Below, piece after piece: positions 1 through 25,799 of a stretch of DNA of 64,000 nt (position 1 is the stretch's first letter; every line of letters begins with the position of its first letter). Under the pieces are notes generated by a model. The model was not told the origin of the DNA. It ran no database searches and saw only the letters and a list, made by a program, of their open reading frames with translations. The position numbers were made by a program, and so were the translations under genes. Origin of the DNA: the human T2T-CHM13v2.0 reference genome, Homo sapiens; NCBI RefSeq assembly GCF_009914755.1, contig NC_060930.1; one strand, 5' to 3'.

Positions 1-434
1 CCTGTTCTGCAGCTGGAAACCGAACGGGACCCTGTGGAAGTCGCGGGTGGGGAAGCGAAAGGGGAGCTGAGCGTCTGTCCTCAGTCCTTGGGCCACACGG
101 GGGCGCTGCCGCTCTGCGCTCGGATTCTGATGAGCCGCTCTGGAGAGGATGGGGCGGTGGTCTGAGTAAGACACAGATTGTTGATCCAGAAAGGATGTAT
201 CAATGAGGTGGGGCTGGGGTTGTCCAGGGAGTGGAAAGGCCTTCTGAGAAGCCCTGGACTGCGCGGGGTTCCGGCTCTGCGGAACAGAGGAGGGCTCTGG
301 AGCGGCCTGTCTCTGAGGTTTCCAACTCCTCCTTGCAAACCCTCCCTCCAGCCTTTTCATGGCAACACTCCAGGAAAATGGAAAGTTGATCATTTTTTTC
401 TTCCACTCCTTAATCCTTTCCTGACTGCTACTTT

Positions 435-950
435 TAAATAATTTTATTTTAGAAGAGTTTTAAATTTACATAAAAGTTGCAATGGTAGTACAGAGTTGCC
501 ATCCGCTCCACAGTCAGTTTCCCCTGATGTTAACATCTCTCATTACTATGGTCCATTTGTCACAGCTAATGAAGCCATTTTCATACCTTATTATTACTAA
601 ACTGCAGACTTTATTTGGAGTTCATTAGCGTTCCCCTAATGTCCTTTCTGTGTTTCAGGATTCCATGGAGAATATCACACTACATTTAGTCTCCGTCGTG
701 CCTCCGCGGCATCCTCTGGTCTGTGACAGTTCCTGAGATTTTCCTAATTTTTGATGCCCTTCACAATATTGGGAAGTACTGACCAGATATATTGTAAAAT
801 GTCCCTCAAACTGAATTTAGTTGGGGTGTAGATCATGGTTAGACTATGGTTATGGGTGTTTAGATGAGGTGAAGTGCTATTCTCCAAACACCTTATCAAG
901 GTTATAGAATATCAATTTCATGTACCACTGTTGATGTTGAAGTTGATCAC
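435..950 (-). mobile_element. Old L1 (L1M/L1MC-like) 3' fragment
   Basis: TTTATTTTAGAAGAGTTTTAAATTTACATAAAAGTTGCAA...GTTAACATCT resembles an old L1 3' end in antisense. Confidence 0.6.
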
Positions 951-954
951 CTGG

Positions 955-1425
955 TATATTAGCTTCCTGTAGCTGCCACAACAAATGCCCTCAAAGTTGG
1001 CAACTTACAACAACAGAAAATTATTCTTTCACAGTTCTGGAGGCCCAAACTGCAAAATCAATATGCAGGGCCTCACTCCCTCTGAAAGCTCTAAGAGCAA
1101 ATCCATTCCTTGAGTCCTCCAGCTCTGGCAGCTGCAGGGCATTGGTCAGCGTTCTTTGGCTTGTAGCCCCATTGCTCTAGTCTCTGCCTCATTCTTCACA
1201 TCACCTTCTCCTCTTCTGACTCTCTCTTCTGTGTACCTGTTAGAAAGACACTTGTCATTGGATCTAGAGCCCACCTGGGTCATCTAGGAGGATCTCCTCA
1301 TTTCAGTATCCTCCGCTTAATTACATCTGCAAAGACCCTTTTTTTCCAAACAACTTGACATTCACAGCTGCTGGGCACTAAGACAGAAACATATCTTTAT
1401 GGGGTCCACCATTCAACCCACTACA
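955..1425 (-). mobile_element. MaLR LTR (MLT1-like)
   Basis: ACAACAGAAAATTATTCTTTCACAGTTCTGGAGGCC ... TTAATTACATCTGCAAAGACCCT ... ATTCAACCCACTACA. Confidence 0.7.
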
Positions 1426-2092
1426 TCTGGCTAAGCTAATATTTCCAGAATGGCAATCCATCAGTGCACCCTAGGTTACAATCCTCATTCTCATTCCCAA
1501 ATAAACTCAACATATTTGGACATTTCTAATGTCATGTTTTTTAGGTTGAATAATCTAGTGTCAGAAATGATCCTGAAGAAAGATTATCTTTGGAAGAGAC
1601 TTATACTGAGTTTGTTGCTTGATTTTTCCTCTGCTTCTGAATATCTTTTGAGAGCAAAATTTACTTTCTAAAATGGTAAGGATGAGTCAACTCCTTAAAA
1701 GCTGTTTGGGCTGTTGTCACCATTCTATGTGAGCCTTCAGTCTCCCCAAAGAGAAATTTTTTGTTGTCAGGATAAAGTGGTACATGAATAAACAAGATTT
1801 CCATTAGGCAGCGTGCCAGTCTCAAGAAAATTCTGGAGAAAATGGTGACAGGATAGACAATTAGATCACAGGCTGCCTGCACATCAAGTAAAAACAAAAA
1901 TCCTATGCTAGGCACACACTATTAAAAAACAAATCGCTCCAACCCCTACCATTTCCTCACAGAGATTATAGAATTTTTCTTTTGCTGTTGAGAAATTAAT
2001 AAGAGGCAGAACAGGATGCCAAAACTCCAAAGCATCCAATATAGGCCCTCTTCTGGGACTCCTGTCAGCTATATGTTCAAAAATTATTGTCA

Positions 2093-2985
<893 letters not shown>

Positions 2986-3194
2986 TTCTGCATTACCTAT
3001 GGATGTTAAATCTACTTGAGTAGACTTTAATTCCAAGTTTGTGAATAGCTTTTCTTCAAAACATGCTGAACTTGGTAAAAGAGCCAGCAATTTAGGGAAA
3101 CTATGTGCAGTTCTGATCTTGTCCATTTGATAAATCACCTGCCTGTCCCCTTGAGGACCCTACTAAGAAAACTGCTTAAAAACTTTTTTTAAAA

Positions 3195-3425
<231 letters not shown>

Positions 3426-3495
3426 AATCCCTGACTCTCCAAATGTCCCCACTTGTTATGTCATTCCCACTGACAAAACAAAAATAATGCTATCT

Positions 3496-3915
3496 TGTGT
3501 TAGGCTGTTCTTGCATTGCTATAAAGAATACATGAGACTGGGTAATTTATAAAGAAAAATGAGTTTAATTGGCTCACAGTTCTGCAGGCTTTATGGGAAG
3601 CACGGTGCTGGGCATCTGATCAGCTTCTGATGAGGTCGCAGGAAGCTTACCATCATGGCAGAAGGCAATAGGGGAGCAGGCACGTCACATAGCGAAAGCA
3701 GGAACGAGAGAGAGAGTGGGAGGGGAAGGACGCCACACACTTTTAAACAACCAGCTCTCACTATTTCAAAGACAGCACCAAGGGGACGGTGCTAAACCAT
3801 TCCTGAGAAATGTGCCCCCATGATCCAATCACCTCCCACCAAGACCCACCTCCAACACTGGGGATTACAATTCAACATGAAATTGGGGTGGGGACAAATA
3901 TACAAACTACATCAC
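3496..3915. mobile_element. MaLR LTR (MSTA/MSTB-like)
   Basis: TTGCATTGCTATAAAG...GAGACTGGGTAATTTATAAAGAAAA...GGGATTACAATTCAACATGA...CAAACTACATCA. Confidence 0.8.
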
Positions 3916-4699
3916 ACCCTTTCACTGCTGAATCTAATACCTGTCTCTGTATAGGCAAAACTGTTGATATTGGCAAACTTTATAATATACCTCCTATAAA
4001 AATCCAGCTTGATCCATCAAAACCCCTGCCTAATATCAAACAATATCCACTTAAACCAGATGGTGTTATAAGTCATTAAACCTATTACAGAAGGACATAA
4101 AAAGCAAGGCCTCATTATTCCATGTACTCATCCTTCTAACACCCTAATTATACCTATTAAAAACCAAACAACTGGGATTAAAGGTTTGCTCAGGAATTCT
4201 GAGCAATAAACTATATAGTGATTCCAAGACATCAGTGGTTCCAAATCCCTATATCTCATTAAACTCACAACCTATTGATAGGAGGTTTTTCACTGTCATT
4301 GATCTATGAAGTGCATTCTTCAGTAATCCAGTGGATCAGGCCAGCCAGTATCTTTTTGCCTTTACCTTGGAAGGCCAACAATTCACCTGGACAGTAATGC
4401 CTCTTGCTTTTACTGAAAACCCTTCCTGTGTTTTTCAAATATTAAAGGAACACTTGGAGGAGATAGTTTCTCCTTAAGGTTCCACCTTACTACAATATAT
4501 AGATGGCCGCCTTCTTTGCTCTGCTTCACAGATAGCCTATGAAAAAAATGGTGTACAACTGTTAAAGCAACTGACTGCTAAAGACCATGAAGTCTCTGAC
4601 GAAAAATTGCAGCTAGTGAAAACTCAGAAGAAATATTTGGGACACTTAACTTCAGAAAATGGATTACATTTAGACCCAGATTGGCACTTTGTAATTTCT

Positions 4700-6600
<1,901 letters not shown>

Positions 6601-7049
6601 AACTCAGTGGTGCCCTGATATAGAGTTATATTGGAAGAATGGAGCAATGAGTTTGGTGGTTGGGGTGGGGAAACAGGGAGGAAAGGAATGAAACAAACAC
6701 TCGAGGGTAGAAGATGGTACCAGTCTGAGAATCAGGTGCCAGTTCTTTTCTACTGTGTGTCTAGTCACATTGGTGTAGACGTCCAGGCAGGAGGAGAAGC
6801 AAGTTGTAGGATCAGCTACATCTGGGCTTCCAAAGGTAATCTCAGGTGCCACCTCTCCTCCATACTTACTAGGAATCCCAGGCCCTTCCCTGAAGTGACA
6901 CCATCCTGCATCCTTTGTACCCTGCTTTCCACTTCTTCTCACAGCCTTTCCCTCCCTCCCTCCTTCATTCTCCTGGCCAGGACCCACACTCACCCCACCT
7001 AACCTCTCTCTTTTGATCAGTCCCATAGTTTAGAAAAGAACAGAAATGC

Positions 7050-10000
7050 CAGCTGTGGTCAGGTGTTTTAAAAATTTATTCAGTGCTCTCTGGGCATGCA
7101 TTTCAGGACAATAACATTGTTTCTGGTCTCAATGCACTTTCACCACATCTGATTTTCAACTATGTGAGTTAGGACACCTATATGGTCAATCAATCAACCA
7201 GGGAAAGAAACTAAGGTCCAGAGCCCTAAGGATGCTTGCCCAAATCACCCTGATTTTGGCAGAACAGGATCTTCCAAGGGCCTTAAGAGTCAGAGAAGAC
7301 CGCAGCCCCTTGTGTTGTATTCTGCTGCATGCCGGGGAAACTGGATGGAAACGATTCAGATTCTTCCTGCATGAAAAGGACAACCTGTGTCCTTGGGAAT
7401 CCTCCAGTGGCCCCAGTTGTTCCTGCTGGGTGTGACATCGATGCCCGAATCCAACCCTGTAAAATAGGGTGAAATTCAGATATTGCAAGTCATGAAAAAT
7501 TTTCTCCTGATAGCAAAGTTGAAGGATAACAAAACTGAAGGAGGGAACATACCAAACAGAGGAGGAAGGAATATACAAAAAATAACAACAACAACAACAT
7601 CAACCAACAACAAGAACAAAAAAAATACCAAGATATGGGATGTATGAAATCAGGCATCAACCCATGAAAAGGTGAAAGGGCAACAGGACCAGAAAGGAAG
7701 AGGGTCACCTGGGTGGGTGGACAGCAGAGGGGAAGCCATCTCCAAGAAGATGACCTTGACAACAGCCAACATAAGTTTAAAGGTATTGAGAAGACATTTA
7801 CTCAACTAAGGAACAGTTGGTGAATTCATTTAAGGTTCATGGAAAGTAAGAAAATGAAAATACTAGGCAATGATCAAATCTTGAAAACTTCAGCATATGT
7901 GGAAAGAAAAACTAAGAGAGTTTACCATGTGGCTCAGGTCTGAGTAGCAGTCACGTAAGTCAGTAATTTTAACTCTGGCTCTCAATGCACTCAAAATCTC
8001 CACCTGCCTACACGAGGAGGATGAAAATGTGTGTGCTGGGGAAGGTACTATGGACAGAAGGGATATTGAAAAGTCAATACATAATATCTAAAATGGAAAC
8101 ATTTGAAGTGGCATAAATGTATATTATCAAGAGACATAAAGATAAAGAACAAAATATGAAGTAAAAGGCTTCCATGTGGTTGCTTGCCAGGAAGCTGGTG
8201 GCTAGGAAGGATTGAGAGAGAGTAGAGGGGAGACCATGTTTTGTAACAGGGGAAATGAAAGGGAAGCAGGTAGCACCTGGAGCCTGCCTCATGCAGAGAA
8301 CAGGGTTCCACGCAGTGGTCCAGGATCTCAGGGATTTACTGTGGCTGAGGCCACCTGTCCCCAGGACAAGCCCTTGGCACTGAGTCTACTGAAATGTGAG
8401 GAGGGAGAAGAGGAGGCCTTCAGATATTTGACCTGAGCAGCCTGGCTTACTCTAGACTCTGTCTTGGCTCCTGGCCAGAGATTAATGTAGCAAATTGTCT
8501 CTAAATTCATCCAAGGGAGTGGAGTTCCTTCCCCTACTCCTTATCCCCTTCCACACCATCCTTTCTGGAAGTGTTATTGTGAACATGTTCTCGGATTTGT
8601 TTTTATCAGTGGAGAAACAGAAGACAGAAGAGCACTCACCCAGCAGAGCCAGAGGGAGGCAGTTCCAAAGACTCCAGTGGCCACCAGAGCCCACCAGGAC
8701 CCAGGGCTGGAGGTGCACAGTGAGATCCTCAGCGCAGAGGGAGAAATCTCCTAAGAGTAGGAAGGAATAACAGAATTAGGAAGCGTTTCCTTACTTCACA
8801 GTGAGTGCAAACATGATGGGAAGGCATAGAGAAAAAGTAAGAAATTATAGGGAAACGTGCTTATTTAGGGGGAGGCGATACTGCGGGAGGGGTACACCAG
8901 ACCCAGCACTGCCGTGGGGTAGGAGAAACAGGTATAACCCTTGACTAGAGAATGGATACTTGAGGATCAGTATAGTTACTAGATGAAGAGGACTACATAC
9001 ATTTTAAGGACATTGATGTACATTATAGTGTATCATTGGAAGTTAAGGGAAAAGAAAAGAAACTTCATAAATAAAAACAGGCTGCATGTGGTAAAATCAA
9101 TAATCAGCCCTGGGACTTGTGTTTTCAAAACGCTTTATCCAGGTGTGACACCTCTGACATCCTGGATTCCCCACCCTCTAGCACCCAGTTCCCTCTCCTG
9201 TAATGAGACCAGGGTCAGGAGGAGAGATGGACAGATGGGCCCATGCTGAAGGCAGTCAGTCACCTGTGCCTGCAGATGAGAAACCGCCGCCTAACCTTTC
9301 TGAACCTCATGCGGAAAAAATGTTTGCACCACTAGCCTCCAGCACAGAGATTCCATCCCAGCTCAGTATTTAGTATTTAGAGATTTAGTATTTAGTATTT
9401 AGAGATTCCTAAATACCGAGGACTCTGCCCAGTCTGGTTTGACCATGCTCCTCCTTCCTCACACTGTGGGGCCCCAGCTTTCCCTCCCAATTCCACACCC
9501 CCAGATGCTGGTACCATGCTCAGGTTCATCGTGGACACCACTCCATCCGACATGGCAACACTTTTGATCCAGCCGCTTTGACAACCTCGTTCAGTCTCCT
9601 CTGGAGACAGCCACCCAGACCTTTGCTGATGAGCTGGGACTGAGGGGAAAAGGCCTGCGATCTCTGATGGGGTTGGCAATGGACACCAAAGTCGTCTTCT
9701 AAAGACCAAGTACGCTCTAACCACGGAAATCGTCTCTAACCACTGACTCCTCCAGAAAAGGAAGAAAGAAGCCTCTCTACACTAAGCTGAAACACTAAAT
9801 ACACTAAGTGTTGATTAAGTAGACTAGGTACACTAAGTGGTAAACTTGGTAAACTTAGAGCACTAAGTACACTAAGTACAATAAATGGTAAACTTGGTAA
9901 ACTTAGAGCACTAAGTGCACTAAGTTCACTAAGTAATAATATTAGTACTAAGTGGTACACTAAGCTGAAACCGCAAACCGCAGCCATGGCAGAGGAACCT

Positions 10001-10800
10001 CAGCTTAAATAGTGTGGAGCGGCCACTGGTTTCCGCGGCTCGTAGTCGCGCCCGCGAGGAAACGCCAGGGAGGCTTCCTGCCCCGCCCAGCGGTGGCCCA
10101 GGGCACAGGGAACCACGGCTGCTTCTCTCCGAGGTTTGTGGCCTGAGAAACTCTCCGCTGCGAATCTGGGCTGGCCTCTCCGGGAAGCCTTGAAACTCAA
10201 CTCCCGGGTGGGCCAGGAAGGCTGCCCGACTTGGGCAGCGCCGGCCGGAGCCTTCTTCAAAGCCGAGCTGTTCGCCGCCCTCGAGGCCCAGGCGAGCCTG
10301 GAGGAGGGACCGGGTGCGCTCAGATGGGGCCCTTGGTGACTGGCGACCCCATGAGCACCCACCCTCCAGCCTGGGGCGGGATGGCCCAATCGGGCGCTGT
10401 GGGGGTCCGTTTGGAAACCGCTCTCTGCTTTGAGGATACGCGGGGAGCTTCCCTGGAAGCTGTGAAGAGGGGCAGACACGAGGCCTCTGGCCAGCCGCGC
10501 CTCGGGTCCAGGCCTCCCTGTGTCCACATCTGGTCTCCCGGCTTTTCACAACAGTGACCTTGACAGCGCCCAGAGTCCGCTGCTTCCGTCCAGTCCGCTC
10601 TTCCCCTACGTGGCCAAGAGGACGCAGCACTGGCGGCTTCAGGAGGTGGCTGTGAGCGCGGGGCTGGGGCCAAGAGCAGAGGACCAGAGAGGAGTCTCCA
10701 AGCCACCACCGGCCCCGTCACCGGCTACCGGCTAGGTCAGGCCCCAGATTCGGGTTTGCCCAGCGGGCGCTCGGCGTCCACGCTCCCTCTCCACCTTCTT
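7050..10800 (-). ncRNA. Candidate spliced lncRNA or remnant (possibly HCG9 / MIC-divergent-transcript family)
   Basis: Minus-strand donor at 10362/10361, internal exon 8640-8750 with canonical pyrimidine-tract AG and GTGAGT, terminal acceptor at 7457-7458, AATAAA at 7075-7080; family assignment is from recollection only. Confidence 0.35.
9778..9971. repeat. Complex CACTAAG-based patchwork repeat bounded by a 16-bp direct repeat
   Basis: TACACTAAGCTGAAAC at 9778-9793 and 9956-9971; internal ~40-bp duplication. Confidence 0.85.
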
Positions 10801-10960
10801 GCCTCTCTAAGGAGGACCTGGCCCACTAGGAAGCCCGGGGCGTTCTGTGAACTGGGTGGTCAAACACGGTGTGTGGGGAAGGGGCCAATTGAGATTAGAC
10901 GTGAAAAACCGCGAACCTGGGGACCGCAGGGTTGGGGCCCAGGAGGGGCCCGAAGCTTCC
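9975..10960. promoter_or_regulatory. CpG island
   Basis: High GC and dense CpG over ~1 kb of non-repeat sequence. Confidence 0.7.
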
Positions 10961-13102
10961 ATCTAAGACAGGTGACTAAGTGAGGGGCACAGGTGCAACA
11001 GAAAGAAAGACTGATTTGCAATTGACTTGTAGGTGTAATCGGTTTTAGTCCCTATTTGACCACCAGAGGTCTGCAGCTCTATCCTTGGTGAGTTCTGAAG
11101 GCCCCTGGGGAGAGCTGAGCCCAAGAGACTTTTTAATTCCACAGAAGAACTTCGCCTGAGGCAGGTCTCCTCTGTGCCCAGGGAAGGAAGGCTGGACGTG
11201 ATGGTTTCTGAAAAAAGTTACACAGAGAAAAGGTCAAGTCCATTTTTGCTATCCTGTACTGAACACAGATCAATTAACTGGTCCCAGGATTGATAGCAAC
11301 AGGCCTATAACTGGTCTCCTGGTTCCTATCCAGCCCTTCCCCCATAAAGGCAGAATCCTGTCCTCTTGGAACAGTGAATCCCCAGCAGAGGACCTCAGCT
11401 CCCAAGCTCCATTCAGCCTGGGCTCCCTGGAACCTGCTACCCTGCCCAGGAGCTGTCAACACCTGGAGTGCAGTGCAGGAAGAATGCAGGGGCGCTTGAT
11501 GGGGAGGTGAGTGAGTGCAGATGGGGTTCCTGGAACTCCTTGGGCCCTTGGGGTAGCTCCCACTCAGGCTGTCCTGCAGGTCCTCACAAGGCCCACTACT
11601 GAGCAGGAAGAATGTCCCCAGGAGAGGCAAGAGGTGGGGCAAGGGCGAGTATGGGGTCCCTTGCATTTGCGGCAAAATGGAGAGGGAGATGAGAGGCAAG
11701 GAGTACTGGCCCTCACATGGAAACCTATAGCACACTGCCCAAAGGGAATGGGAAGGGAAACACAGCCACGCACGTCCACAGAAGACTTGGCAGATGGGAG
11801 AGGGTAGCTTTGAGGACTGAAATCCCTACTTCACAGGACTCTGGATACTTGGACACTTGCTTCCTCCTGTGCTTCTGTACGAATCTCAGGACTGTGGGAC
11901 ACTCTCTGCACTCTTATTCTTGTAATTCTCTTCTCTCCGGATGGCCTCCTTTCCCTTGGAGTGCAGCAGTGGCCATCAGATTCTTGGGCTGAAGGTCACT
12001 GGGTGACTGTGGGATTCTGGGGCCAGTTACTTCCCTTTCTTAGCCACCCCATGCTTTACAGAACTGAGCTCCACAGTCATACTCATCTCTCCCAGTGAAG
12101 CTCAAAGGAATTATTAATAAAAAACACAAAAACATAAATGGAATGATGTTTATGGAACCAATTGATTAACGTGGAAAAGTATGGGCTTCCCAGTTTTCTG
12201 CCCTTCGTGAGAACTTAATCCTGAAACACTGATCTCATGTCAACCTTCTGCCTTAACTGGGAATTCCTGTGGCCAGTCTGTTCTAAGGGTATCCCGTGAG
12301 CCCCTAGGGATGGAGAACAGAAGGCCACTTTTCCTAAACACACACGTGGTTCTGTCCTGGCCAGATCAGTGGACTTCCAGTGTCCTTCCTGAGTCACACC
12401 GAGGTGAATTGCATAGACCAGAAACCCACATTTTAAAAAGAATAAAATAAAATAAGTGGCCTGTAGTGTGGGGGCTGGGGTTGGTGCGGGCTTCCGGCTT
12501 GGCCGCGGGTGTCTGCATCGTTCAGCCCCGGGGCTTTTGTGTCGGGTCTGGCCTGGCTTTCTGTCCGCAAGTTTTTGCCCTGCTCCGCGGCGCTCCTCCG
12601 GGGCGGGAGCCGCGAGGCCCGGGCGAGCTCGGGCGGGACCGGAGGCTGCGAAGGCTGCCGGGAGCGGGACTCGCAGCTCCTGGATATGCCAGCGTTCCTG
12701 GAAGACTCCTGGGTCCTGACGAAAGACAAGTTGATGAGTGAGTTGGTCGCCATTAAAGTGAGGCTCCCGGCCCGGAGCAGCGCAGAGACCAGGACGCGCA
12801 GCCTCGCCTGCAGCACTCGGCCCTACCTCTACCCCGCCGCTACCTCTACCCCGCCGCGGCGCCGACAGCGAGGGCCCCGCCTCCCCCAGCTGGCTCCAGA
12901 GCCAAGCCACCCACAGCAGGAAAGCCACGAAGAAAACAGTTCAACTCAGACCAAAAGATAAAGCTGATCTCGAGGTAACCGCGCTCACTAATGAAGATCT
13001 CGTGGACCCGCTTGCGAGGTATAAAGAGAAACCTAGTCCTACTGGAGAACAACCAGGAAGCGATGTGAGAAAAAAACCTTGAAACCGAAGGAACGAGGAC
13101 GA

Positions 13103-13242
13103 TCTGTCGCCCAGGCTGGCGTGCAGTGGCGCGATCTCGGCTCTCGGCTCACTGCGGCCTCCGCCTCCCGGGTTCAAGAGATTCTCGTGCCTCAGACTCC
13201 TGAGTGGCTAGAACCACAGGCATGCGCCACCTCGCCTGGCTA

Positions 13243-13278
<36 letters not shown>

Positions 13279-13360
13279 TATTTTTGGTAGGGACGGGCTT
13301 TCCCCGTGTTGTCCAGGCTGGTCTCCAACTCCTGAGCTCAAGGGATCTGCCCATCTCGGC
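13103..13360 (-). mobile_element. Old Alu (AluJ-like) fragment within the TMPOP1 coding remnant
   Basis: Antisense Alu lacking tail and 5' end, with an expanded central T-tract. Confidence 0.8.
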
Positions 13361-14560
13361 GGATTAACAATTTAATCTTCAGCAGAAAATGGAAGGCAGA
13401 ATTGAAATAAAGGTTCTAATAGATACTGTGACAATGAAGAAGACTAAAGTAAAGATCAAGCTTGAGAAGACAGAACCACTAAAGGGCAGAGCAAAGACTC
13501 CAGTAACACTGAAGAAAAGAAGACTTGAGATAGTCAGAGCTATTCTCACGCTGGAATAACTGAGGCTGAACGCACAAGTGGAGCTTCAGAAGGCGGAGCT
13601 CTGCAGGCCTGGAGTAGGGAGTCTACCAGAGACCGGAGGAGAAGGCCAAGGAAGAGGGTGGAAACCAGAACATTTTCCAATAGACAGTGCAGTAATTTCA
13701 GAGAGTGCTCCCACAGCTGAAACTCTAATGGCTTCAGGACACAAAACCTTCGTTGTCAGTAGGATGACTGGAAATTTCAAGCATGCAGCTCCTATTCTGC
13801 AACTCAGTAAATTTTCAAACATACCCCAAACTCCAAAGAGACCACTGGGGTTGGGGGGGAACAGAATAAAGAAGAGTAGAAAGGGATATTCTTAAGGAAA
13901 TGTTGCCCTATGAAGCATCTACACCAACAGGAATTGCTGCAGACCAGTCAAAGGGGCTACAGGCAGGCCATTAGAACTCACTGAGTTCAGGATGGCAGAA
14001 TCTTTTTCATCTAAATATGTTCCTAAGTGTGTTCCCTTGGCAGATGTCAAGTCAGAAAAGACAAAAAAAGAATGAGCCATTTCTGTATGGACAAAAATTT
14101 TGCTGTTTGTTGTTGTAGTAGGTTTTGTTTGTTTGTTTTTTGGTCTATCAAGCTATAGAAACCAAACAAGGAAATCTTTTCTCTAACGTTCTTCCTGATG
14201 ACTCTAGAAACCCAACTGAATGGAATCCATCTGGCACATTCAAGTTGGCCTCCTATTTTTAATAACTGTATTGAAAAACACTTGTGTACCCTTGTTGACT
14301 TAAATAGCTAAAAAAAAAAAAACAGGTGATTTCACCTCAATAAATGTAGTATTCCATGAAAAGCAAACAAAATATATATAAATGAACTTCATTAGAGTGT
14401 TTTTGAACTCTGGACTAGCAGGAGATCACTTCATGCCATATGAAAATCTTTTATAGCTCTGAAACTTTTTTGTAGGCTTTTTAAAATTTTTTCTTCTCAT
14501 TGTCCAAACCCATGCAGGGTTTCTTTAAAATGTGGACACCTGGTTTCCTTTTTGAAAAAT

Positions 14561-14562
<2 letters not shown>

Positions 14563-14618
<56 letters not shown>

Positions 14619-14852
14619 TATATATACATATATACACACATATATACATATATACACACATATATATACATATATACACACATATACATATATACACATA
14701 TATACATATATACACATATATACATATATACATATATACACATATACATATATACACATATATACATATATATACATATATATACATATATACATATATA
14801 CGTATATATACGTATATATACATATATATACATATATATACGTATATATATG
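14563..14852. repeat. Compound microsatellite (TA)n(CA)n(TATACA)n
   Basis: ~290 bp of alternating purine/pyrimidine sequence. Confidence 0.97.
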
Positions 14853-15101
14853 AAACAAGAAGGGAAAAACATGGTAATATAGTATGAAGTTACACATTTA
14901 AATACTTTGAATTCTTACAGAAAAGAGTGGAAGAATTATCTTCTACTGAATAAAAACTTTACAGACATGGAAGACAATGAAATTTGGTAAGAGAAAAAGT
15001 AACATGGTTGTACTTTTTGTAACTGCAACGAAATTTGATGGTGTTTATGAGGAAAACTACAGCAATAATCTCTTCTGTAACTTTTATTAATAGTAATGTT
15101 A

Positions 15102-17140
<2,039 letters not shown>

Positions 17141-17537
17141 AATAGTAATGTTATTATTGTAGCCCTATCATATTCACTTTTTAAACGACTGGCTTTTAAA
17201 AGTATCATGAAAGTCCTACTTCAGTAAAACCCATTTAAGTACAGTTGATGTTTAGCAGGGATCTTTTAGTGCAGCATAAACATGCTTTAGAGAACTGTTG
17301 GCTGGCTGTACATGTTTTTAAAAGCTGTTAGCTAGCTATGAGGCTACAGCTGAAAATTACACTTTTTATGAGAAATTGTAAACACTGGTCTTATGTTTCA
17401 TCTGGATTCCTTATTGCATCATCTTCTGTTAACAAAAACAAATTTTCCCAGTTTTTTTGCCTTGTATTTCCCAGCACAATTTCATTTAAAAGTACAAAAA
17501 GTGTTTGCTCTCAAATTGCATCATAAGCAAGTGTTAA

Positions 17538-17859
<322 letters not shown>

Positions 17860-17860
17860 T

Positions 17861-25770
<7,910 letters not shown>

Positions 25771-25799
25771 AAAACAAAACAACCCCACCCCCAAAAAAA

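Noticed and set aside
81-441. Duplicated 85-87 aa ORFs (also 28453-28780) as a conserved small-protein family
   Set aside because: Identity extends equally to all frames and to adjacent non-coding L1 sequence, so it reflects DNA homogenisation, not coding constraint
9778-9971. CRISPR-like or recombinase-site array
   Set aside because: Human DNA; no constant repeat with unique spacers and no associated genes
9929-10983. 233-aa and other ORFs in the CpG island as a novel gene
   Set aside because: Overlapping ORFs on both strands are expected in GC-rich, stop-poor DNA; no recognisable domain
10980-12440. MIC pseudogene exons
   Set aside because: No MIC leader or alpha-domain peptide recognisable in the provided frames
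14481-14897. Several 100-140 aa Y/I/V/H-rich ORFs
   Set aside because: Translations of the (TA)/(CA) microsatellite
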